DNA of 63,805 nucleotides, filler included, from Reticulomyxa filosa (taxonomy: Eukaryota; Protista; Foraminifera), in assembly GCA_000512085.1 (NCBI GenBank). It is 16 parts of 16 records of this genome, joined end to end, with 100 filler letters (N's around TTAATTAATTAA, not from the genome) between each part and the next. Parts side by side here need not be neighbours in the genome. Positions count along the whole stretch, not along the records: positions 35,008 to 36,949 come from ASPP01008457.1; positions 37,050 to 48,495 come from ASPP01000714.1; 14 more parts are not named here. The stretch is one strand, 5' to 3'. A program made the position numbers and the translations under genes. The notes under the pieces were generated by a model. That model made no database searches. It worked only from the letters and a program-made list of their open reading frames with translations, and was not told where the DNA came from. Every line of letters begins with the position of its first letter. Position 1 is the first letter of the stretch. This document shows, piece after piece, positions 35,538 to 47,230 of this stretch.

Positions 35538-36257
35538 ATGTCGCACTCTGCAGGCAACACGCGCGCTGAAGACTTGCGACGGTTTTACGCTGCGCTTTCG
35601 ACGCTGCAGCAGAAGTCGGGTGGGCCACGGACGCTAGAATCATGCTCTGGGCGAATGGAGTGGCCTCGACGCGGCGTATATTTCTTTTGCGAGCCCGGCG
35701 AAGACCGAAGTGACAGCGGCAACGGCCTGAGAGTGGTGCGTGTCGGCACGCATGCGCTGAAGGATCGTAGCAAGACCGTGCTTTGGAATCGCCTCTCACA
35801 ACATCGAGGCCAGTCCGGAAGCCGAAGCGGCAATCATCGCGGGTCGATCTTTCGGTTGATCGTCGGCCAATCCCTTATTGCACGACACGGATACGAGTAT
35901 CCGATGTGGGGCGTGGGCAGTAACGCTCCGAAGGATACTCGCGTGAGCGAAATTCCACTGGAGTGCGAGGTGAGCCGCGTGATTGGCCTGATGCCGTTCC
36001 TCTGGCTCGGAATTGACGACGAAGCAGGTCCGACCAGCGTACGCGGCGTCATCGAACGCAATTCAATCGCGCTCTTGAGTAATTTGGGAAAGGAACCGCT
36101 CGACGCCCCCTCCTCGAATTGGCTTGGCCATCACTGCAACCGACCTCGGGTTCGCGGCTCGGGACTCTGGAACAACAATCACGTCGAGGAAACGTACGAT
36201 CCCAGCTTCTTGAACGTACTTGAGATGTTGGTGGATCAAACGAAGTGCGCACGATGA
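35538..36257 (+). CDS. Putative GIY-YIG-superfamily nuclease (239 aa)
   Basis: RGVYFF (GIY-like), VRVGT (YIG-like), RLSQH (Arg helix), IERNSIALL (Glu) and LWN (Asn) occur in the canonical order, with an extra GNHRGSIFR block. Confidence 0.7.
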   Translation: MSHSAGNTRAEDLRRFYAALSTLQQKSGGPRTLESCSGRMEWPRRGVYFFCEPGEDRSDSGNGLRVVRVGTHALKDRSKTVLWNRLSQHRGQSGSRSGNHRGSIFRLIVGQSLIARHGYEYPMWGVGSNAPKDTRVSEIPLECEVSRVIGLMPFLWLGIDDEAGPTSVRGVIERNSIALLSNLGKEPLDAPSSNWLGHHCNRPRVRGSGLWNNNHVEETYDPSFLNVLEMLVDQTKCAR

Positions 36258-36907
36258 TCGTCGTCATCCAATGCGCAGGAACAAAGCGCAAGCATGCTGG
36301 CCATCTGCAAACGCGCGATGGCAAATCTGTCCTGTTTGTAGCTGATCCGGCAGCAGCGCAGGGATCCAACACCTCAATTTATGCTCGTCCAGATGATCCG
36401 TCAGACCGAGTCATCAGCTGGAGGGATTACCTCATGCAATACAACGAAACACCGTGGAACAACCCGTTCGGACTTCTTCCGGCATATGAGCTTTACGAAA
36501 GAGAGATTTATCGGACGCTCGCCAATCGGATCGGTATCGACAAGACCTTCATTCTCTCTGCTGGGTGGGGAATGATACCAGCTTCATTCCTGACGCCCTC
36601 GTACGACATCACTTTCTCCCCACGTGCAGATCCTTCGAAGCGTAGGAAAAAGCACGAGACATGGGCCGACTTTTCGATGCTTCCAGCTGACACGAATGAA
36701 CCGATCATGTTCCTCGGCGGAAAGGACTACCTGCCTTTCTTTTTGCGGCTGACGGCACATGTCTCCTCACTCCGGACCGTATTCTACAATTCCGTAAATG
36801 CGCCCGACGCTCCAGATTGCCGTCTTGTTCGCTTCGAAACGAAGACGAGGACGAACTGGCATTACGAGTGTGCCAGCAAGCTAGCGAGCGGTCAGGTTGG
36901 CCCGTAG
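36254..36907 (+). CDS. DUF6884/YaaA-like alpha/beta protein (217 aa)
   Basis: IVVIQCAGTK, PAYELY, FILSAGWGMI, TPSYDITF and FLGGKDY follow the C-x-x-x-K / A-x-x-L-Y / ILSAxxG / YD pattern of DUF6884 and YaaA (DUF328). The start overlaps the upstream stop (ATGA). Confidence 0.7.
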   Translation: MIVVIQCAGTKRKHAGHLQTRDGKSVLFVADPAAAQGSNTSIYARPDDPSDRVISWRDYLMQYNETPWNNPFGLLPAYELYEREIYRTLANRIGIDKTFILSAGWGMIPASFLTPSYDITFSPRADPSKRRKKHETWADFSMLPADTNEPIMFLGGKDYLPFFLRLTAHVSSLRTVFYNSVNAPDAPDCRLVRFETKTRTNWHYECASKLASGQVGP

Positions 36908-37116
36908 CAGAGCGGGTTGCCTTCAACGGCTTTCAACCGCCCTCCCCCTNNNNNNNNNNNNNNNNNNNNNNNNNNNNNNNNNNNNNNNNNNNNTTAATTA
37001 ATTAANNNNNNNNNNNNNNNNNNNNNNNNNNNNNNNNNNNNNNNNNNNNTAAAAAAAAAAAAAAAAAAAAAATATGCAAAGAAATAATCAAATGAATAAA
37101 TACATAAAATAAAAAG

Positions 37117-38996
37117 GCAAAGTTGAAAGCAGAATACGAGTCACGTATCGAAGATCTGTTGGAACAACTCAAACGTGCGGCGAAAGAAAAGCAAGAAGAG
37201 ATTGATCAAATCAATCGTATCAATTACACACACGTACAAACATTGCTGGCAGCACTTTCTGAAAAGCAAGAGCAAAACATATCATTGCAAGGCTCCACTT
37301 CTAAGACCCTTCCATCACAATCGCAATCGCAATCACAACCACCACCGTTGCCATCGCATTTGACCAAGAAATTGGCAAATGGTCCTCCTCCTCCTCCTCC
37401 TCCTCCTCCCCTTCCTCCTCTTTCGCCGCAGATTGGCCAACACAACAGTGAGGACAAGCAAAGTGTGCACAGTCAGGACTTTGGGGAAATGCGCTCGAAG
37501 GACGCGGCGAGCGAGGACGGACGCAGTCACGACGGTGACTCCACGACGCACGAGCAGAAAGCGGACCATCAGATGGAAACCGCCAGCGAAGTTGGCGAAC
37601 AAGTCCAGAAAAGTATCTTGGACGCATACGCGAGATACTTCAATGCCGTCGACGAAGAAACGGCTGATGCGTTGCGATGGCTCAATCGACAATTGTACGT
37701 CGAAAAGTGCTACCAAGCATTTACGCAGTTGTTTGTACCTGAGTTCACTTCGCAAGATCACGATGCCAATACCAATACCAATGCCAATGCCAATGCCAAC
37801 GTTACACACAAACAAAAACAATGGCCTGTCACCGAACTCCCGGCCGTTACTATCGTCGTACAAATGCTGGAAAGGCTTTATCAAAAAAGTCACAAAAAAG
37901 TTACGGCACTTATATACATTATACGCATACACATATACATATGCATACGCATGCGTGCACGTATAAAGAAGACACTTTTGTGGAAATAGATCTTGGATGA
38001 AATCTCCAAATTCGAAACCACTAAAGTGGGTTGCAAGATTTTATTTGAAATTTTAATGAATTCCTGCCAGTTTATGATCTCAAAAAAATTTGAATATCTT
38101 TATGTTCAGTTGTTTTTACATATAAATGTATATATATTTTTTTTTTGTTTCCGCTGTCATCTTTCGAATTGGAAACTAAAGGGAGTGCAAGAAGAGAGGG
38201 ACGCATTATTATTAGGGACTAACAAACCAGTGAATCCCTTCATCTTTCTTATTGCGCACAACATAGAAAGACCTTTTTGAAAATAAAAAGTTTGTGTATG
38301 TGCATCCAGAAACAAAATCAGAATAAAACTGCTAATAAAGAGCAGATGAATTTAATCATGCTGCGATGCATGAACTTCTCTTCGCTGCTGGCACGGAAAG
38401 ACGAGGAGACATTGCAACTCGTAAGCGATATTGCAGGGCTCTCTGGACTTGACAAATACAAATTTCTTTCTAGGTAAAGCTCCAACACAATTTTATGAAA
38501 CCATGAAAACATGGGGTAATAATTATGCATATTTGTGTACGTGCTATGTACAGTTTTGCAAAATTGTATTGTTTTTTTGTTCTTGAATGGAAAAAAAAGA
38601 GGGGATCCTCAATTTGAAAAGACATTGCAAGAATACATTGTGAAGTGTTGCGAAATTGTATGGTATCTATTGATGAACGAAAAATCCGGTGATCGGTTCA
38701 GCTTATTTCCGACTATTTTCGACGTTGCAGCATATCAAAAATGTCGAGAAACCTTTGCATTGCCAATGAATATCAAAATTTCCTATCGATTTGATAACTC
38801 ATGGTGCAAAATGCTCAGTAGCAAAGATAAAAATGTAGTAGTCAAGGAACCCTATATTTATTATGTATGGCCAGCAGTTATTAAAATAAGTGGACGAGGA
38901 AATTTTTTGCAACAAGAAGTACTTCAGAAAGCTGTTGTTGCCAGAGAATTTTCCATAATTCCATCTGTTAGGTCATCGATCGACGAACAAGATTAA
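37117..38996 (+). CDS. Multi-exon coiled-coil/poly-proline protein with a C-terminal Mieap (SPATA18)-like domain, 5'-truncated
   Basis: Last exon EYIVKCCEIVWYLLMN...RFD...YIYYVWPAV...EVLQKAVV follows the Mieap C-terminal pattern (C..l.W.m...FD...yvWP.l....vl.KG.V). Confidence 0.65.
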
Positions 38997-39989
38997 AACA
39001 CAATTGATAATAAAACAATACTAATAATAGTAAGCTTCCACTGTAAATCGTTACGACAAATTTTTTTATGTTAAATTACTTTCAATAATTTTTTTCTCCA
39101 TTTGACTCAAAAGATACGCCGATGAAATTCACTTCATTTTAAAAAACCATTGTGAAGGAAATTTTGTAATGTTTTTCATTTCAAAAATCAGCAGAAAAAT
39201 TGCTGTAGAAAGTCAAAATGTTGTGATAAAAGCAACTTAAAGTCAAAATATAGTGGTTTACTTCAAAATACATTAAATTATGACTACTTAAATATTCCGT
39301 ATAAAAAATACAAGAGTTTTTTGGAGAAAGGAAAAGTTTTTGTATGTTTTTTTTGTTTTATGTACTGTACTGAATAACTACTAAGATATACTTTGTATTA
39401 TGTTCAATGTGAACAGTTTTTCATTTGAACAAATTTAATTAAACAGAGTTTATCAAATAAAAGAAAGGATTGAACAAAAAGAAACAATGAAGACAAATAA
39501 AGTGAAAGAGATAATAATTAAGTTTTGTGAAAAAAATATATTTCAATGTTCACTTAAATCTTGCCGATAACCGGTATAGCATTACCATACAGTAATGTAT
39601 TCCTTTGCTACTATTGTGTTTTTAACTATGATACTATATGTTCACTACCTCGATTAATTGGATGTTATGTTATTGCATTACTGAATACAGTATTTTTTAA
39701 TTAAATATATAAAGAAAGATGAAAACGTTAAGTTCTTGTGTGATTGTGTCATTTGCTTTAAAACAAAAAAAGATTTGTTTTTTTCTTGCAATTTTCCTAA
39801 AAAAATGACACTAATATTACGCTTTGTGTTTGCCACTCACTCAATTATTTACTCCGTAAAAACAAATGCTTTGCTTACAAATTTTTTTGAGCACGTTAAA
39901 AAGTTTGAAAATAAAGGGTAAAAAAAGGATTTTCTCATTTATGTTTGTTATGGGCAAGTGGCATTAAATAATATCTGTTACATAGAAAC

Positions 39990-41140
39990 ATGACAACATT
40001 AGCATTGCCAAACACAAAACAAAGACAACCACCAAAAAAAACGGGCAATCCCGTTTTGGACCTGTGGTTTGAGGCCCAGTATGAAATTGATTGTGGAAAA
40101 ATGCCAACACTGGTAAAAAAGAACGAGGCATCATTAAAAAATATGGGCCGTGTCCGAGCCCCAACAACGTGGGAGACTTTGCAGAGCACGATTGACCAAC
40201 ACACATCAGTACAAAAAGAGAAGAATGCCGAGGCAGGAGATTACTCCGATGATGAAGAGGACGAGATGAAATCGAAGTAACGTCAAAACTTTTTTAAAAA
40301 AAAAGTGCATATATTACATACAAATACATAATGTTTAAGACAAGAAATACTAGGACTGTTAGTTCTTGAACAACATACAAACCCGGGAGGAGATAAGATT
40401 GCGAAGAGTGGAGAAAGGGAGAGGAAGAGAAGTCGGGACCTCGCATTTGTAAAAAAAAAAATTGTGTGAAATGCAAATGTGTCAATCAGGTAAGTGCTTC
40501 GCCGGCGAATGGCGGTGAAGTAAGATCAATATCTCCAGAACCAGTAAATCGCGGTGATGCGATCCGTCGAAAGTGGTTCAAAGCGCAGACTCAAATAGCC
40601 GAGGGCAGGAACCCATCAATATTGAAAAAGCATGGCAATGATTATCGCATCGAAAACTTGCGCAAATACAATAAGCGCTATAAGACTGCCTCGAAAGGGA
40701 GCGACGGATTTTTAAAGTTCGAAATGAACCTTACCGCGCCTCGGAAGACAATCGCGGCGGATCTGGACGAGGATGGCGAAGATGATGAAATCACGTCCGT
40801 GTCGAGGACCGGATCCACGGTGTCTCCCAACGAGGCCAGTGTGGAAATGGGCGAACGGGGCATTGAACCTATTCCATCCACCACTGGAAAGGAAGACAAA
40901 AATTGGGATGTAAATATCGATGCTGTAGATTCCCTCACCACAAACAATGAACGGTCGACCAGAGGATCCGACATATCTCCTGCCCCAACTCCAACACGCA
41001 CCACGCCCAACGAAACTGCTCCCAAACAAAGCTCATCCAATCCTTCCTCCACTCGCACCCCTGACAGCAACAAACAAACGTCCACATCTACAAAACGAGG
41101 CTTTTTTGGCTTCTCTGGCTTTTCCAAAAATACCTCGTAG
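39990..41140 (+). CDS. Hypothetical two-exon Ser/Thr-rich protein
   Basis: ORFs 39990..40280 and 40466..41140 are separated by an intron-like region beginning GTAAC. No domain recognised. Confidence 0.6.
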
Positions 41141-41689
41141 GTAACCATTCTTTCTAAGCCACCGAGAATTGCATCGAGTTACTCGATTTTCATTCATTTC
41201 TCAACCAAAGGGCAGGCAAATATCCGCGGTAAACGTGACCATAGTGTATAAAAACAAAACAAAAAAACAGTTTCACAAATGTACAGAATATATCTAAGGA
41301 TTTTTGGTTTTCATTGCATACACTTGTTCTGCTTTATACATGTAACTGTGACAGGTCACATTTTAATAAAAATTATTTTGTGCTGATTAGCTACATTTTT
41401 CCAAACGTTTTGGTTTGTATTATGATTTTTTTTCACCGAAACTGAATAGCCTTATTTTTCCTTACATTTTTTTTCGGAAAATATTTCACCTAAACCTTTA
41501 CAATCGAAAGCAAAGTGATTACAAGTATATGATATTAGTTTATTTACCATACATGGAATTCTAGTGCCGCATCTGTAAAATAAGGTTCATTTTTATTCTG
41601 GTGTCCATTTTTGCTCAATAACTGATCGGTTTTGGGTTGTCGGCAGAAAACTCAATTATCCAATTTTTCTTGTTGTATTTACTTTTATA

Positions 41690-43891
41690 ATGTCAGCAAA
41701 CAACACAACAGCCAACGTGACAACAGCTCTTGCGACAGGAGGAACATATATATATCTTCCAGGCGCGATGGTTATTGTAGCGTTGTGGGTAGTTTTTGTG
41801 CCGATAACAGTGTATTTTTTGAGAGAGTACCAGAAGTACAGTTCGACAATGTTTATTCAAAAACGGAAAGGAACTTTGACAACGATATTTCTTACAGTGA
41901 TATTATTCCAATTAGGTATTGGTGCACCTATTTTTGTGGGTCTGACGAATGCGTGGTACGGAGCTACTAATATTGAATCGCTGACTTGGTACTATAGAAT
42001 TGGTAACTTTATGTATTACATTGGAAGTCAGTTTTTTGCATACGCAGTGGAATGTGCTTCCCTTTGGAAAATTATGATGATATGGTGGGAGTACAATGAA
42101 TACGAAGGTTAGTTTGTTGCCAACAAAAAAAAGATAACAAGCGTTGCCAACATAAGTATATTTAATCCCTTCATGCAAAAAAAAAAACTAACGTAGCTCT
42201 TCAAAATGAAGCCTGGGTACAGTACCTGAAAAAAAGAGTGAGCGAAGGATCACGAGTGGACCGGACAGGGACTTTGGAACGTGTGGACAGTGTGCTGTCA
42301 GTGAGTCAACAAGGAAGTGACTTGGCTTTGGACAAGGAAGCAGACGTCGGACACGGAAGATATCAACACGAATGGATATTCCGTAACAAAAGGTATTGGG
42401 GAAACCAATGGTGGGTATTTCGTCGTTTGTTTTTGTGGTGGTTCATCGAGTCGTCAATCACGTGGTTCTTTTACGCCTTTTCCGACTACAACGCTGTTTG
42501 GGATTCGCCGTGGTGGGACTCCACGCAAGTGTATTATTATGAGTACGTGGTATATTCCAGTCATGCAATCGCAATGTGGATTTTTTGGCTGAGAACACCA
42601 GCTTTTTACGATTCGTTCAAAATTCGAAATGAAATTCGTTATTTAATGATTGCCGAAACATTTGGTCCGTGCGTATACTGGCTTTGGTTCTTTTATGGCG
42701 GGGCCATTGATCCCAACATTGGATATACCCTCCTCGTCGTCGTGTTCTACTTACAAAGTTTTGGACGAGTGATGGGCACTGTTGGCTATACAATCATTCG
42801 AGGCAAAAGCCTGGGCTATTTGTCTGGCACGCGAAAGGAGCCTTCCGTGTCTACCGAAAATGCATCCACAATGGAAACAGGATCGCACGAGGAAAAGTCA
42901 GTGACAAAGACATCAAGTCCGGCCACTCCGCCAATGGGCTCGTCTCCTCGACCAAAAAGTCACAACACCGAAACTAATCCCAGTTCGCCGACCAAAAAAA
43001 TTCGATTACGTCAAGTATTGCAACATCGAAAAACATTGGATTTATTTGCACAACATTTAGTGTCGGAATTTTCCATCGAATGCTTACTTTCGGTCATTGA
43101 ATTTTCACAGTTTCGCTTGCTCTTGGGGACCCCACAGAAAAGTCCAGAGGAGGCAAAGGATGCAAAGGACGCAAAGGACTCAAAGGATGCAAAGGATGCA
43201 AAAGACATGAAGGACGACTCCATTGTCGACTTACCCCATTCCAAGTTACCACAGTCTCAAATTGTATACGGCCAATTTCATATGAAGTCGGAATGGAAAA
43301 AATCTGGCGATGCCCAATTGGATGAATACAAAATCCGTGCCTATTACTTGTTCATCAGATATATCAATTCCTCTACCGCAGAGTTGGAGATTAACATTAG
43401 CTATCGTTAAGTTGTGTTTGTTTTCATTAACAATGGACATAACATGGAAAGCGCGGGTGGAATGTACCCTTTACTTGGCTTCGATTTGTGTTTTGATGTA
43501 AACTGCCACCACATTAGTTTATCTTTAAACAACACAACACATCCATCATATAGAGGAAAGAAAAAATTTAATGACCTTTTTTAGCAATGAAGCATATTGG
43601 CAACAGAACACGGTTACGGTAGATATTTTGAGAAACATTTGGGATGGCTGCATCCACGCAATGGTTCATTTAATGAACGACGCATACGGAAGATTTATTT
43701 TGACAGACCAATTTCAAAAGGTTACCAAGTTCTTTGAAAGTTCACGCAATTTTAGTGTTAAAAATGTTATGGATGGCGTTGTTCATGTCATGACTCCTCG
43801 AACGAAAGTGGCTATGGAAACTGAAGCGCATCCTGACGCTGGTGCTCAGGAGATACCAAAAACTTTTTTTCTTGATGAAGAAAAACCCTAA
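41690..43891 (+). CDS. 7TM-RGS protein (multi-pass membrane domain fused to a C-terminal RGS domain), 3 exons
   Basis: About seven hydrophobic helices with 'DSFKIRNE', then the RGS box LRQVLQH...LFAQHLVSEFSIECLL...IRYI..AELEINIS|...IWDGCIHAMVHLMNDAYGRF. GT-AG introns at ~42108-42195 and ~43406-43553 keep the frame. Confidence 0.88.
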
Positions 43892-44423
43892 GACTGTCCT
43901 ATTTGCAAATTTTAATTTTTGTTCTACGTTTTTTGGATGATTTTGTACAGTGTTTTTTTTCTTGTCTGATGTTTTTTTGTTACATCGAAATTGATTCGAT
44001 TTTGCGAAGTATGTCTGAACCCTGCACCTCAAAAATAAATAATGTCCGTTTTTTTAGTGTAATGGCTATGCACAACCTTCAAAACTGACTATAATATTAC
44101 CACGCTAATATTCAACTCAAAGTTAAGTTTTCATTAGCTATAAAGGTAACAGTGATAAATTTGAACAAAATATAACGTTATCTTTGACATTTGATCACTT
44201 ATATTTTAATTGTTTTTATTTTTCAAGTTTTTCGAAATATTTCTTCATTTTTTTCTGAATGAATAATTTTAAAAGTTTGATTTGTTATTGTCTCAAAGAA
44301 AGTCTTAGGGATTATACTGATAGGTCAAATAATTGACTCGCTGTACCACAATACATTGTATTTTTGTTGTTGAACTTCAAAAAGCCTTAGTAAAGTTTTT
44401 GTTTTTTTTTGTTATTGTTGACA

Positions 44424-45643
44424 ATGTCAAGTTCCTCTGTTTTCCAAACACGATTAGCTGATATCTTTGGCATCTCTGTTGACACGAGCTTTGCTTGGAC
44501 GTAATGCTTTTTTTTTTTTTTTATGCTTTGTTAAAAATTCTTTTTTGTAAAACAGAAAATTTCGTTACCCGTTTTGGGGTTTAGTTTTATACGTCATTAG
44601 TGTGAAATATTTCGAGCCAAGAGATGAGCCCGAAAAACAGCCAAGTGATACCAGTAGCTCACAAAAATTGAAGGTTGATGAGTCGAGCAACAAAAAAGAG
44701 AAGCGAATGGGCAAAATAGAATCATTAATGTTTTTGCATAACATATTACTGTGCATTTTCAGTTTTTTAACGTGTGTAAATACTCTTCCCGTTGTTTATC
44801 GACTATTTACGACTTATGGATTTGGAGAGTCCTTGACAAATGGAGAATTTGAAAAAGTTCTGTTTTTCTGATTTTTTAGTTTAATTAAAAAAGGGGACAA
44901 AAGAAGATGTATTTCTACCAAACCGCTTCCGTCCTTTCTTTCATTCAATAGTTGTACGACGGAGTATACGGTTATTGGAGTCATCTGTTTTATTTAAGTA
45001 AATTTTACGAATTTGTGGATACATGGATTGTCATTTTGCGAGGCAAGAAACCATTGTTTCTGCAAGTCTATCATCACACAGGGGCTGTCCTTGGCATGTG
45101 GCTGGGTATGTTTAACAATATGTTGGTTTTGTAGCTAATTTCACAATTACCCTTTTCACGGCTTGTTGTGTTTTTTTTACAGTGACAATTACCAAGTCAA
45201 CATGTGGATATCTTTTTGTTGTTGGTATGGCTTATTATGTGTATGTACATGTAATGTATACCCCAACATGTTATGTTCTTAATCAAATTTAAACAGAGAA
45301 CTCGTTTATTCACACAATCATGTACTTTTACTATGCTATGAGCGTATTGGGTTATCAATTCAAGGTTGGTTTTCATGTTTTTTCTTTTTTTGGATTTATT
45401 ATTCAAATCTTTGTGTTTTTTTGAAAATAGAACAAACATTTGATTACCACCGCTCAAATAATACAATTCATTATTGGCATTGTCGTTGGCGTCTTTCAAT
45501 TATTTTTGTGTGGTGCTAGAATGCGTTGGGAAGACAAATTTGCTCTTTTATTTAATGAATGCTATGTTATTTTGTTGCTTATCATGTTTTATCAATTTTA
45601 TATTGATTCATACAAACGCAAGAAAGGAACAAAGCAAGCCTAA
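44424..45643 (+). CDS. ELO/GNS1/SUR4 fatty-acid elongase (multi-exon)
   Basis: HNILL, LFYLSKFYEFVDT, LFLQVYHH, NSFIHTIMYFYY, ITTAQIIQF and a Lys-rich C-terminus (KRKKGTKQA). Confidence 0.93.
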
Positions 45644-46934
45644 GTAATAGACAAGCTTTTATCTGGGGTTTTGGTTGCACATATGCTTTCAGCAACCAAA
45701 CTTGGCAAAAAGGGGGGATTTGTTTGATAATTAATCTTTTTTGTTTTATCTCTATAGGTATTGAGTAAATAGGAGTGTATAGGTTGATTTTAAGTTGGTT
45801 TATTGCTATCGCTGAAGTCTTTTGTTAAACATATTTCGTCATGGGACTCAGCAAATTTCTTGGCGAAATTATGACCATCAACACCAAAGTTTTTACACGA
45901 CTCTTTTTTAAACTACTCAAAAAACCCGATAGACAAGCTTTTTAATTACTTAATTGGAAACTTTTTTTTCCTAAGCTTTTCACTTTTATTCCTTTGGCAC
46001 ATATTTAATCAATAGCAAATGAGGAATACAAAATTAAAACCATTCGAATTGAGTAGAGATGATAATAAGAACATTCATTGTTAGTCTAGAGCATTGCCCC
46101 TGGTTATGTGAGTCTTTAACAAAGAAATAAGTGATAGAACAACTGTTACTATGCAATAATATGTAATACTTATGAAGTATTTCATATGCACGAAATTTCA
46201 GATGATAAGGCACATATTAGATCCAATATAGTGAATGTTATATTTGACAAATTCCGAAATTATACAAGACAACATTTCAATCAATAAAGAATTTTTTTAG
46301 ACTTTGCCATTACGCATGGTCTATATCTAGTTAAAACTTTCCGACAATTAATATTTGCTATACTTCAGATATAATCTTTTTGTTAGAATTTTTAAAACTC
46401 TTACGGTTGGAACACTTTAGTCTGTAATGAAAATTGTTGATATAACTAACTATATCTGAACATTATTAACAATTATGTGATATTTTTTTTAGAAAAAAAT
46501 GTTGACAATACTTTTAAAACACTTAGAATAAAATTATGAAAGTTAGGCTTCTTGCATGAGTCACAACATAAAATTGGCATTATTGTTTGTCACTATTGCA
46601 ATTTTTATATAAAGTCTTTTAGAATGAATCTCTATTTGCATCAGTAGGAGCTAACATCTACTTAGATTTCTAAGGCTACTGTTTAGTGGAATAATTTTTT
46701 TTGAGCGTTTGCACTGGGAGGCGTGAATAATCCTTGCATCATACGCTAATTATTGTATTTGCAGTTACAATATACTACAAAGTGCAAACAAAAGTAGCTG
46801 ATCTAAAATGACTAAATAATACAAACAAAAAAAAACAAACAACAAATTAAGCTGTCATTTGAAATAAAATATTTAAATTTAAAATCTTGTATTTCAAAGT
46901 TTGCCAAAATCAAATCATTTCAAATTTTTTTTTC

Positions 46935-47230
46935 AGTTGCAACAACAAACTTTGGAAGTTTTTGACAACAATTCGTGTTTCCGGATTCTAACTCGTGTAT
47001 ATATAATAACGATTTCTCAGGTGTTGAATTGAACTTGCAGCAATAAATTCTTGATTGATGTTCGCAATGCTTCTCAATGTCATTGATACTGTGGACATTC
47101 TATTAAAAAATGACATCTTCTTCATCTTCGCACCATTTGCAACATAATGAATACGTTCTTTTGATTTCCCTACAACAGAACATTATATACTGTTTAAACT
47201 CATGGATCTGTTTCCACAATTTGTATACAA
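46935..47230 (-). mobile_element. Degenerate non-LTR retrotransposon 3' remnant (zinc-knuckle region)
   Basis: The minus strand reads LCCKWCEDEEDVIF/LIECPQY*, a CxxC...E.v.H.l..CP.Y-like pattern, with stops and frameshifts in gene-poor DNA. Confidence 0.4.

Noticed and set aside
35380-35637. 85-aa ORF after AGGAGG between the HTH and nuclease genes
   Set aside because: The SD-like motif is only 1 nt from the GTG, the ORF overlaps the nuclease gene by 100 bp, and it has no recognisable motif.
23606-36949. Bacterial genes as horizontal transfers into the protist genome
   Set aside because: Each bacterial segment is a separate contig bounded by linkers, has no introns and has no junction with host DNA.
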